Shown here: piece after piece, positions 36,515-48,242 of the stretch
How the letters are laid out: every line of letters starts with the position of its first letter
Numbering within the stretch: position 1 is the first letter of the stretch
Assembly (NCBI RefSeq): GCF_902713615.1
Contig: NC_052152.1
Location: 37,795,810 to 37,859,809 of the forward strand
Length of the DNA stretch: 64,000 nucleotides
From: Scyliorhinus canicula
Lineage: Eukaryota
Direction of reading: 5' to 3'
Program-made: the position numbers and the translations under genes
Notes under the pieces: model-generated
Told to the model about the DNA's origin: nothing
Database searches by the model: none
What the model saw: only the letters and a program-made list of their open reading frames with translations

Positions 36515-37262
36515 AATATTTGGCTTTGTGTAGAGTCGGCTAGTAAGGCACCGACTAGAGAAGACCCAGTAGGGGACCCACTGGAGCTGTGGATAATAGT
36601 ATTGTAAATAAGGTAAGTTTTTGTTTCGACCTACTTGGTGTGAACTCTTTGTTGCCCTTACAAAAGCTAGCTTGGTGCTGTGTCTTTGAAGTTTTTCTTT
36701 ACAGTAATGACGCTGCATTTTCAACACCCTCCAAAGCTGTGACTCTGTTGAGATCTGAATGAAACATTGAGGGTCATCTCATGCCATGTAGCATAATGTC
36801 ATACCTCTACTTAATCTTGCGGCCACCTGTCTTATCACTACTAATCACCATGTCATGTTATTATCATGATATAATACCTTGGGATCATTTACTTTACAAG
36901 ACACAATGCACCATAGCTCACGAAGGATTGGGTAAGCCTGTTGTGAGTTTATTTACTAAGGCTAGGCATGTGAGAACAGTTAGACATGGGTGTAAAACGT
37001 GAAGACATCAGTGCTGTGTGCTGTGTTTTGCTTAATTCAAAAGTGAAACAAAGACTGGATCACTTGAAACTTTATCTTCTAATGGAGTCATGCTTGTATC
37101 CCTTATTACAACAGTGGTGGAAAGGTTGATGTCATGAAACTGCAATGGTGGTTATTGTAGGAATATGAGCATTGGTTATCATGGGTTCATCTGAAACAGG
37201 AAGGATGCAATTTGAACTCTATCGAATGAATTGGAGCTGTAAGCAGGTGCTGAGAAGAGATG

Positions 37263-37568
37263 TGTTGGAACCAACAATTCTACGGACACGTGCTTGTAGG
37301 ATTAGAATAACGGTTTTAATATACTTACAACAGAGCCAGCCTGTTAGCCGTTGAACTTTCGGTGAACTGGCCGGCTGACCCTGTGGCACTGATCTTTATA
37401 CAGCAGCTCCCAGGGGAGGAGTCCTGGGCAGAGCCAAGGGAGAAGCCCCGTACAACTCTCAAGCATTCCCAGAGCTACTCCCCCTGGAGGTCAGGTAGTG
37501 CAACTGCACTTACAATATAGACACATGTATATACAGGTTATAATCTGGTGTGAATCACATTCACTACA
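37263..37568 (-). mobile_element. Solo LTR (same family as 18614-18907)
   Basis: TG...CA, perfect TSD AGATG (37258-37262 / 37569-37573). Confidence 0.9.
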
Positions 37569-37872
37569 AGATGTGACTGTGAAAGCCAGCCAGTAGAAAA
37601 ATGATCAAAAAGGAAAGGAGACAGTAATGAAGGTGAACTATTGGAAGAGAGGAATACAATTTGTTCAAGTGAAGAATTGTTCAAAGGTCAATTCTAAATG
37701 CATTAGGCATAATCAGAAAACTGCAGACACTGGAATCTGAAAAGAAACAAACAATGCTGAAACCACGAGGTTGTCGTGAGTTTAATATCCTAACCACTCC
37801 AGGTAAAGAATTTTCTCCTGCATTCCCTATTGATTTATTTGTGAATATCTTATATTCATATACAAGTTACTG

Positions 37873-39365
37873 ATTATTGGATTGGATTTGTTTATTCTCA
37901 CGTGTACCGAGGTACAGTGAAAAGTATTTTTCTGCAAGCAGCTCAACAGATCATTCAGTACATGGAAGAAAAGGGAATTAAACAAAATTCAAGAAAATAC
38001 ATGAGAATACATAATAGGGCAACACAAGATATACAATGTAACTACATAAGTATTGGCATCGGTTGAAGCATACAGGGTGTAGTGTTAATGAGGTCGTCAA
38101 TAAGAGGGTCATTAAGGAGTCTGGTGACAGTGGGGAAGAAACTGTTTTTGATTCTGTTTGTGCGTGTTCTCAGACTTCTGTATCTCCTGCCCGATGGAAG
38201 AAGTTGGAAAAGTGAGTAAGCTTGGTGGGAGGGATCCTTGATTATGCTGCCCGCTTTCCCCCGGCAGCGGGAGGTGTAGATGGAGTCCATGGATGGGAGG
38301 CAGGTTTGTGTGATGGACTGGGCGGTATTCACGACTCTCTGAAGTTCCTTGCGGTCCTGGGCCGAGCAGTTGCCATACCAGGCTGTGATGCAGCCCGATA
38401 GGATGCTTTCTATAGCGCATCTGTAAAAGTTGGTAAGGGTTAATGTGGACATGCCAAATTTCCTTAGTTTCCTGAGGAAGTATAGGCGCTATTGTGCTTT
38501 CTTGGTGATAGCGCGACGTGAGTGGACCAGGATAGATTTTTGGTGATGTGCACCCCTAGGAATTTGAAACTGCTAACCGTCTCCACCTCGGCCCCGTTGA
38601 TGCCGACAGGGGTGTGTACAGTACTTTGCTTCCTGAAGTCAATGACCAGCTCTTTAGTTTTGCTGGCATTGAGGGAGAGATTGTTGTCATTACATCACTC
38701 CACTCGGTTCTCTGTCTCCCTCCTGTATTCTGACTCGTCGTTATTCGAGATCCGGCTCACTATGGTCGTATCGTCAGCAAACTTATAGATGGAGTTGGAA
38801 CCAAGTTTTGCCACGCAGTCATGTGTGTACAGGGAGTAGGGGGCTAAGTACGCAGCCTTGCGGGGCACCGGTATTGAGGACTATTGTGGAGGAGGTGTTG
38901 GTGTTCATTCTTACTGATTGTGGTCTGTTGGTCAGAAAGTCAAGGATCCAGTTGCAGAGTGGAGAGCCAAGTCCTAGGTTTTGGAGCTTTGATATGAGCT
39001 TGGCTGGGATTATGGTGTTGAAGGCGGAGCTGTAGTCAATAAATAGGAGTCTGATGTAGGAGTCTTTGTTTTCGAGATGCTCTAGGGATGAGTGTAGGGC
39101 CAGGGAAATGGCGTCTGATGTGGACCGGTTGCGACGGTATGCAAATTGAAGTGGGTCAAGGCGTTCCGGGAGTATGAAGGTGATGCGCTTCATGATCAGC
39201 CCCTTGAAGCACTTCATTACAACTGATGTCAGGGCCACCGGGCGGTAGTCATTGAGGCATGTTGCCTGGTTCTTCTTTGGTACCGGTATGATGGTGGTCT
39301 TCTTGAAGCAGGTGGGACCTCGGAGTGGAGTAGGGATAGGTTAAAGATGTCTGTGAATACCTCTG
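37873..39365 (-). mobile_element. Rex1/Babar-type LINE, 5'-truncated
   Basis: [43 protein letters not shown]-terminal LTNFYRCAIESIL...LLPSGRRYRS. Short (CCAAT)n-like tail. Confidence 0.88.
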
Positions 39366-39489
39366 TCACAGAAGGAAGAAGTGTTCATACGATCACAAAG
39401 GTATTTATTTACCCCATTTTAATCCATTTTTTGTTCCAACCCTCCTCCACAGGACATCTGCAATTCACACATAGAATCATAAAATTTAG

Positions 39490-39950
39490 CCGCTCGGTGG
39501 AGCACTGGTTAGCACTGCTGCCTCATGGCACCAAGGACCAGGTTCAATTCCGGCCCTAGGGCCACTGTCTGCGTGGAGTTTGCAGGCCCTGGGTCACTGT
39601 CCACATGGAGTTTGCACATTCTCCTGTGTCTGGCACAGGGAACCCCCATACACCCAAAAATGTGTAGGGTAAGTGAATTAGCCATGCTAAATTGCCCCTT
39701 GATTGGAAAAATTTTGGATAATCTAAATTCATAACAAAAAAATCATAGAATTTACAGAGTAGAAGGAGGCCATTCGGCCCATCGAGTCTGCACTGGCCCT
39801 TGGAAGAGCACCCTACTTTTTTTTAAATAAATTTAGAGTCCCCAATTTTTTTCCAATTAAGGGGCAATTTAGTGTGACCAATCCGCCTACACAGCATAAC
39901 TTTTGGTTGTGGGGATGAGATCTAGGCAGACATGGGCGACTGTGCAAACG
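39490..39950. mobile_element. SINE fragments (+ then -)
   Basis: V-SINE core and tail pieces in both orientations. Confidence 0.7.
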
Positions 39951-40392
39951 CAGATACCTGAACTCACTCCCCCTCGGCAGCTGTACCCTCTCCCTTAGCT
40001 GCTCCAGACTGGCGAACCCTTCCTCCAAATACAAATCCCTCACCTTGACCGGCCCAGCGGCGTTAGCACCGACATCCCTTCCATCCTAAAATGCCTCCTC
40101 AGCTGAGTCCATATCTTCACCATGGGCTGCACCACCGAGCTCCCTGAATACCTACTCAGAGCCATTGGCAGTGCTACCGTCACCATAGCCCTCAAACTAG
40201 ACCCCTTATAAGATTCCTCCTCCATCCTAACCACTCTACCCCTTCTCCTTCTCTTTCCCAACATCGGCGCACCTTGTCCACATTCGCATCCCAACAATAA
40301 TGAAGCAAGTTCAGCAATGCCAACCCCCCTGCTGCCTCTGCCTCTGTAGCAGGGTCCTCCCCACCCTCAGCACCTTCCTCTCCCATACAAAG
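39951..40392 (-). mobile_element. L1/Tx1-type LINE ORF2 C-terminal fragment
   Basis: GGLALLNL.HY.W, KIWTQLRRHF, DLYLEEGFASLEQL...FRYL motifs. Confidence 0.7.
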
Positions 40393-40940
40393 TACCGGTC
40401 AACCATTCGGTCCATCTCCCGTTGAAAGACCGAGACTCCATTTCTGACACCGAAGAGAACCCTTAGGAAGTGGTACAGCCGCCCATTCTGCTTCGAATAC
40501 AGTGTATTTGCGGTCGCCTGGGGAGCTGGTGGTAGGCGGATTTTAGATCCACCGTGGAAAAGACCTTGTATTGTGCAATCTGATTGACCAGATCAGATAT
40601 GCGGGGGAGAGGGTACGCGTCGAGCTGCGTATATCTGTTGATGGTCTGACTATAATCGATGACCATCCTATGCTTCTCCCCGGTCTTTACAACCACTACT
40701 TGAGCTCTCCATGTACTGTTGCTAGCCTCGATAATGCCTTCCTTCAGTAACCGCTGGACTTCCGATCTAATGAAGGTCCGGTCCTGGGCACTGTACCATC
40801 TGCTCCTGGTGGCGACGGGTTTGCAATCCAGGGTGAGGTTCCCAAAAAGGGAAGGTGGCTCGACCTTGTACGGCCGCGAGGCTGCAGACAGTGAGGGAGG
40901 GTATAGGGCCGCAAATTTAAAAGTTAAACTCTGGAGGTTA
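40393..40940 (-). mobile_element. Gypsy RT fragment (element A/B group)
   Basis: KPVATRSR...DAYPLPRI...FSTVDLKSAYHQ. Confidence 0.88.
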
Positions 40941-41660
40941 CACCGTACACCAAACATTGTTTAGAGGTCCCCCTCTCGCTTTACAGGAGAGCTCATATTC
41001 CGCAAGGTCACAGGGAAGTTAATTGTTCCCACCCCATAAGATACAAGCGGGTTATAACAGTGTGCTTCATTTTATATTGTCTCTCCATGTTTCTTCCTAC
41101 CAAATGAACCACTTCACAGTTAGAACTTCAAACATGTTGCATGAGAAAATGCCTCACAATGCCCTGCAGAGATAGGACACTGCAGCAAGCACAGTAACAT
41201 GAAACACCTTATCCCATACTTGGAGCAGGCCATGGATCTGATGGGGTGGCGCTCTGCTCTTGGTGTGGGAGATGGTGAGGTCAGGAGCATAGCGTCTGCA
41301 CCACTCGTAACTGAACACTGATCATGGCATCCTTCTGAAGGGGCTTCTAGCCACAAATGGTCACCCCCTTATCTCTCTCTCCTCTAGGCTTTCAATCTGC
41401 CTCCACGGTCCACGTCCGCCATGGCATGGACTCCAAACCAGAGGTGCAGGGGCCCGTATCTGCAGCTAAAGCTGCATGAATTACTCTGGGTCCCTGCTAG
41501 CCTCCTGTAGGCATTGAATCAGCTGATCTTTTTTGCAGGAATCTCCAGAGTAAAACTCCAGCGTTTTAATGCTGGCGTGGGGACATAGTCCCATTTTGGG
41601 AGAATCCAGACCTAAGTTCCTTAACTACTCGGTGTGGACTCCTTCATGGCCTTATAAAAC

Positions 41661-42290
41661 TGGCGACGAGGGTCAAACTGGATAACTATCAATGCTGCTA
41701 CACCACCGAATAAGCCACCTCCCAGCCCACGTTGGATCAAGGTTGTATTTCTATTTTCATTATGTCTCTGTTCGGATGGTTACATGTCTTTGACACCAGC
41801 TTGGAAGATTCGAACAAGCATGCGGAGCGAATGCGCTACTTTTTTTTTAAGAGGAACCAATTATTTTTTTTCCAATTGAGGGGAAATTGAGCATGACAAA
41901 TCCACCTATCCTGCACATCATTTTGGGTTATAGGGGTGAGATCCACGCAGACACGGAGAGAATGTGTAAACTCCACATTGACAGTGACCCAGGGCCAGGA
42001 TTGAACCCGGATCCTTAGCGCTGTGAGGCAACAGTGCTAACCACTGCACCACCGTGCTGCCCTAGCTAATGCGTTACTTTATCAGGGCCAACAATATCAC
42101 GGAGAATGACTGCCAGACAATCATCTTGTTGACTGTCTGTGGCGCACACATGTTATACAAAACCTTACCTACCCAGTGGTGTTCGACACGCAAACCCTCG
42201 ACCAACTAGTAACTTTAGTCAGGCAGCACTTTAACTCAACTCCCATCCATTATCGTGCAACGGTATTGTTTTAGTACTGCAGAGCGGACA
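41661..42290 (+). mobile_element. Mag-type gypsy PBS and gag 5' fragment with nested SINE (41850-42063 -)
   Basis: TGGCGACGAGG at 41661 is complementary to the 3' end of vertebrate tRNA-Ser(GCU). Gag MSLFG...ERMRYF. Confidence 0.75.
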
Positions 42291-42929
42291 CTGGGTGGGG
42301 GTGGGGGCCTGATAGGCGGCCAGGGTTAATATCCACGCGATCAGATCCTCGGGTCGCGCGGCCGATCGGTCGGGGGGCGGGTTCTAGGGTTGGTGTGTAT
42401 TTTGCCTGCCTAGGTCAAGACATTTTACTTTTTCCATGACTGGTCGACAGTACTCTTCTGGTGATAACTTTTCAGCTATCTAAAGATTCTGTCCCGAAAT
42501 TCATCCCATCAATCTTAACTGCAAATCTATAATCAGCAAGCAGTTAATACTGAATTACTGTGACATGCTTGAAAATTCTGTTGTTTATGTCATTAATTAA
42601 CACTATCTACTAATTATTTACATAGTCAATGTTAAATTTAAGTGCTGCTTACTATTATTCTGGGGCTAATAATATATTGTTAATTCATGACTTTGTTGTC
42701 TGACCTCTTTAATAATTGGTTAAAAAAAGGTTAATGAATTCACTCCGTGCACACGTGGATCCTGATGGGAAATTGGTATTGTAAATGCTAATATAATCTG
42801 ACCCTGCTTCATGTAAGACAGTTTAGTGAGCCAATTTTAGGTACCATCAACTCCAGACAGAACTGGATAGTCAATCTATCTATCTATCTATCTGACTCTC
42901 AAGGGCACGGGCCCTTGCTAGCTCTCTGG

Positions 42930-45790
42930 ATGTGGCCTCCCGAAATGCCCGTGCGTACGTCCCCGACCGCGCAGCAGCCCTTGGGCAGCGTGAACGCCCC
43001 CCGTAGCTGACCTTCGATGCATCCCCATCCCCCCCACAAGCTTGTGCTGCGCGACTACCAGGCAGCCCGGGGGGGCCCCGCTGCTATTTTTGTGGGCAAG
43101 CCAAGCACCCTCGGCAGCGCTGTCCAGCCCGCTCCTCCACCTGCAAAGGGTGCGGCAAGAAGGGCCATTTCGTGGCGGTATGCCAGGCCCGGTTGGTCGC
43201 CACAGTCTCCGGGGGCGAACCGGGACCGCCACCCCCAAACCTCTCCACGAAGCCATGGCGGCCAGCGGGCGCCGTCATCTTCTTTTTCCAGAGCCATGTG
43301 CGAGCCCCAGGCGCCGCCATCTTGTTCCCCAGGGACCACGTGTGACGGATGAGCGCCGCCATCTTGCCCACCCCCAGCCATGTGCGACCAGTGGGCGCCG
43401 CCACCTGGCTGGAGTCTCAGGACCCCGATTCGGATAACCACACATCGCCGCAGAAACCTCCAGCTGTTGCCACGACTTGCCTCGGTGACCCTGGACCCGT
43501 TTCGGCTCACGAACGCTCTCGACCGCGACGACGACCGTACTCATCAATGCGCACAAATCAACCTGCCTATGATCGACTCGGGAGGACAGAGAGCATTCAT
43601 ACACCCCAACATGTAAGGCGTGTTCTCTTCCCATCCACCCAGTTAATCAGAAAATCTCCCTGGCCTCGGGTCTCACTCTGTAGAGATCAAAGGGTTCTGC
43701 GTAGCAAACCTCACAGTCAGGGAAGGAATTAAAAAATTTCCGCCTCTATGTCCTCCCTCACCTCTGCGCTGCCACGCTCCTTGGGTTAGATTCCAATGTA
43801 ACTCTCCATTAGCCAGACCGGCGCCGCCCGATTTCGTCGTGAAGTTGGATTCTTGCCCTCGTGCCGAACGTGATTTCGGCGCGGAGCTGCGGAGAATCCA
43901 GCCTTAGTTTATTTACAATAACTATTATATACATCACAAGGTAGATCCCAACTGGGTCTGCCTTGTTGGTGCCTAACTGTCCGGCTTACATAGCATACCC
44001 CGACGGCCGTCAAGACACAGTCTCCCACAGGGACCTTGCACCAGCGGGTTCCCCACACCCCCCCCCCCCTCTGCCCCAGCGCCACCCTCCCTTCCCCCGG
44101 CGCACCCCACCACAGCCCCCGTTCCAGGACAATCCGTCCTCCCATTGCCCACACCCGGGGATGAAGAGGATTTCGACACGCTCCCGGAGTCTCCGAAGAC
44201 CAAGCCGCCGCCGGAGTTGCCACCAACACTAGGGCGCTCTCTACGACAGATTAAGGCACCGGACCACCTGAATTTATAATTTTAACTGTACTTTTAAAAC
44301 ACAATTTCCTGTATATAGTTCTCCACCACCCCCGCCGGACTCATTTTTAACAGGGGGGTGAATGTGGTAGTCAACTCAGATGTATATATTGTATATAGAG
44401 GATGTTGTTATAGGTGCTTTACGGTAAGGCCCTTGTACTACAGGTGCGGGGGTAGATCCTGCCTGCTGGTTCCGCCCAGTAGGCGGAGTATAAATATGTG
44501 TGCTCCCCGTACAGCAGCCATTTTGTTAGCTGCTTAGGAAGCCACACAATCTCAGTGTAATAAAGCCTCGATTACATCCTACTCTCGTCTTTGCGTAATT
44601 GATAGTGCATCAGAAGCTCAAGCCATTGTGGAAGCTGTGTGACATTGGAGGCATTACCTGGCCAGCAGGCGATTCACTCTCCTCACTGACCAGTGGTTGG
44701 TTGCCTTCATGTTTAGTAACACACAGCGGGGCAAGATTAAGAACGACAAGATCTTGAGGTGGAGGATCGAAGTCTCCACCTATAACTACGAGATCTTGTA
44801 TCGCCCTGGGAAGCTCAATGAGCTACCAGATGCCCTGTCCCATGGTACATGTGCCAACGCACAAGTAGACCGACTTTGGGCTCTCCACAACGACCACTGG
44901 CACCCGGGGGTCACCCGGTTCTTCCACTTTATCAAGGCCCGCAACCTGCCTTATTCCATCGAGGAGGTCAGAACCGCGACCAGGGACTGCCAGGTCTGTG
45001 CGGAGTGCAAACCGTACTTCTATCGGCCGGACCGAGCACATCTGGTGAAGGCCTCCCGCCCCTTTGAGCGCCTCAGCATCGATTTCAAAGGGCCCCTCCC
45101 CTCCACTGACCGCAACATGTACTTCCTCAACATCATTGATGAGTACTCCCGTTTCCCTTTGCCATCCATGCCTGTTGTGACTTCTGCCACTGTCATCAAG
45201 GCCCTACACAGGCTCTTCACCTTGTTCGGTTTCCCCACCTACATCCACAGCTATCGGGGATCCTCATTAATGAGTGATGAGCTGCGTCAGTTCCTGCTCA
45301 GCATAGGCATCACCTGAGCAGGACGACCAGCTACAATCCCCGGGGAAACGGACAGATGGAGAGGGAGAACGCGACAGTCTGGAAGGTCATCCTGCTGGCC
45401 CTTCGGTCTAGGAGTCTCCCAGTCTCCCGCTGGCAGGAGGTCCCCCCGATGCGCTCCACTCCAACGGGTCGCTCCTGTGCACTGCTACCAATGAGACCCC
45501 TCACGAACGTGTGTTTGCCTTCCCTAGGAAGTTCACCACGGGGTCTCACTCCCAACCTGACAGTTCCTGGCCCGTCCTCCTCCGGAAGCATGTGAGGAGC
45601 CATAAATCAGACCCCCTCGTCGAAAAAGTCCTCCTCAATGCGAACCCAGTACGCCTACGTGGCACACTATGGCGGGCGGCAGGGCCACAGTCTCCCTCCG
45701 GGACCTGGCACCAGCTGGTTCCCCATCCACCATTACCTCCACCCCCCGACCTGGCACCGTCTCCTCCCCCTCCGGTCGCCACCCCGCCCG
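42930..45790 (+). mobile_element. Mosaic of gypsy (A/B group) fragments: gag knuckle/protease, IN end + PPT + LTR (44363-44612), then RH-IN of another copy
   Basis: CYFCGQAKH..C..CGKKGH; YPDGRQDTVS; acaggggggtgaa|TG...CA; EAQAIVEA...DFKGP...NGQMERE. Confidence 0.85.
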
Positions 45791-46104
45791 TACGCCATTT
45801 CCCCCCCTCCCCACCAGCCGCCAATGCCCATTTCCTCCGGCCACCCCTCTCAGCCAACTCCCCACCACCTTACTTCCGTTCACCAGCATAACCTGCTAGC
45901 GTGGCTGCCCTGCCCAAAGGCACCTTCCAATGGCCTCCCCTTCTCACCGCGCCCCCACTCCTCAGCTCAAGGAAGAAGGTTCCCTGCTGACCTTACCCTA
46001 CTCCATCCAAACATGGACTTCTCCTGAACCCCAGGCAGCCTTCTCCAAAAGCAAACAAACAGATGTTAAACACAAACAGTCCCATAAAATAGAAGTGGGG
46101 GGGG

Positions 46105-46380
46105 TGATGCGACCATCGATTCACTCAGAGACACGAGTTGAAGTAAACTGTGGCTGTAATCGCTTACAACTGAGCCTGCTGCGACTATACTGAACTGAGG
46201 GCGGACTCGCAGGACCGCAGCACTTATACTTACCTGCTGGGGGCGGAGCCAAGGACGGAGCCCTGTACATTGCTCCTCATCTCCCCTGAGGGCAGAGCCG
46301 TGCAACGGCTCACAGATGAAGGCCCACAGGGACCACAGTAATGTACAGTGTGAATTTATAGTGGTTACACATTCACCACA
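46105..46380 (-). mobile_element. Solo LTR related to element B LTR
   Basis: TG...CA; close similarity to 31408-31682. Confidence 0.85.
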
Positions 46381-46879
46381 GGGTAGTGCGATGGGAACAT
46401 TCATCCCCACTTAAACTCTTCAGCCCTACAACCCCCTACAATCTCAACATTTAATAGCAAACCCCCAAAAGACGAAATCCCCCAATCCCTACCCCCACTT
46501 CAAAACATGCTCCCAACCATTACAAAGTGCCGCACCCAGTTCCGAAGCATTGTCCACTCAGTCTCCACCAGCTTATGCTCCTTAATGAAGTCCTCGGCCG
46601 CATACTCCCAGCCTACCGAAGGTCACCCATAATTTTGCCGGTAGAGCACCCCAAACCTGAATCTGCCGCCGTACAGCACCGCCTTGGTCTTGTTGAAGCC
46701 TGCTGGCCGCTTTGCTAACCCGGCTCCGATATCCTGATAAATTTGGACGTATTCCCCCTCCCAATCGCAGATACACTTCTCCCTGGCCCATCGCAGAATC
46801 TTCTCTTTCTCCACAAATTTGTGGAGTCTCACAATCACGGCCCATGGTGGTTCCTCAGCTCTCTCAGCTCCTGAAACCT

Positions 46880-47012
46880 AAAATAAAAATGCTGGAAATC
46901 TCAGCAGGTCTGGCAGCATCTGTAGGGAAAGAAAATAGCTGACGTTTCGAGGTCCAGATGACCCTTTGTCAAAGCTAAAGACAGAGAAAGTGGGAAATAT
47001 TTGTACTGTGGA
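46880..47012 (-). mobile_element. Penelope-like element terminal (pLTR) fragment
   Basis: On -: ...cgaaacgtcagc...acagatgctgccagacctgctgagatttccagcatttt. Homologs at 56297-56515, ~11920-12008 and ~16075-16145. Confidence 0.7.
46936..46977 (-). ncRNA. Minimal type I hammerhead ribozyme motif (U3-A8 core variant)
   Basis: On -: stem I TAGCT / core TTGACAA / a-GGGTC atctg GACCT-c stem II / GAAA-C-GTC / AGCTA stem I'. Confidence 0.65.
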
Positions 47013-47724
47013 GTGCCTCAGGGACCTATGCAGTCCACTTCAGGCGTCTTATCTGGAACCCCTTCTGCCACCAGCCTCACCAGCATCTTCGAGACCTACC
47101 TCGTGGCACTCACAGCTTTCACTTCTTCAGGCAGGCCCACTATTCGCAGGTTCTGCCTTCTCGAGGCATTCTCCTGCTCCTCCACCTTTGCCCTCAATGT
47201 TTTACATGGGTCCCCTAGGAGCCCCAACTCCGCCTTCAGAGCCACCACACAATCGCTGTGGTCCGAGATCACTCCTTCGATCTCCCGAATCTGCAGCCGC
47301 TGTACCTCCAAACACTTCTCATCCGTTCCAGGGAATTATTCAGGGGTGCTACAGCTCCTTCGATGGCCTTTGAGCGATCTTCACGCATTTCCTTCCTCTG
47401 CCAGCAGAATTCGTCTTTAATAAACGCCATTAGCTCCTCCACTGGGCCCTTCCAGCTTGCATCAGCCTTTCCCCACCTGCATGTTTACAATGGCTGCTAC
47501 AGCAAAGGCTCCCTCCAACTTTTCAGCCAACTCTCTCACTGTTTTCTGCCGCGTCTGATAGCCAGCAGACATACCACTCCCGGGAGAAACTGTTCCTCCA
47601 ACATTCACCTATGCCTTTTGATCAAAATTCCACTCATTATCGGGTAAAAAGAGCTCTTTTCTGTGCCTTTAAGCAGGAGCTGCCCTGTGTTAGACCACTC
47701 ACTCCATGGTCATACCAGAAGTGT

Positions 47725-47965
47725 CTGAGGCAGCAGTGCTAACCACTGAGCCAACGTGCCACCCAGAGCACCCTACTTAAGCCCACACCTCCATCCACCT
47801 AACCTACACATCTTTGGACTGTGGGAGGAAACCGGAGCACCCGGAGGAAACCCATGCAGACACAGGGAGAACGTGCAGACTCCACACAGCCAGTCACCGA
47901 GGCTGGAATTGAACTCGGGTCCCTGGAGCTGTGAGACAGAAGTGCTAACCACTGTGCCACCATGT
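47725..47965 (-). mobile_element. V-SINE copy
   Basis: Reverse complement of V-core and tRNA head. Confidence 0.75.
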
Positions 47966-48242
47966 CGTCAATCTGCTAATTTGCCACTATCAATGCCTTC
48001 TTTAGTCTTTAACACTGTCATTAGGCTTCCTTTGTCTTGCCTCTCCTGACCTCCCACCTATCCCTGTCCTTCTATTTTGCTCCAGTCGCTCTTAAATAGT
48101 ATAAAACCCATCATATTCCTCACTGCTACAGATGGTGCCAGCCGTCTGAATTTTATGTTTCCCAAGTTTCTCTTTTTATTTCCTCTGCCATTACACATTC
48201 CCTGTGTGGATGTTTCATCACAGGGAAGGGTTGCCACGTCTT

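Larger units (their letters stand above)
46520..47725 (-). mobile_element. L1-type LINE ORF1 relic (interrupted by a Penelope fragment)
   Basis: ENASRRQNLRIVGLPE and IVRLHKF.EKEKILRWA...IYQD...FGVLY, typical of L1 ORF1p (Transposase_22). Confidence 0.82.
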
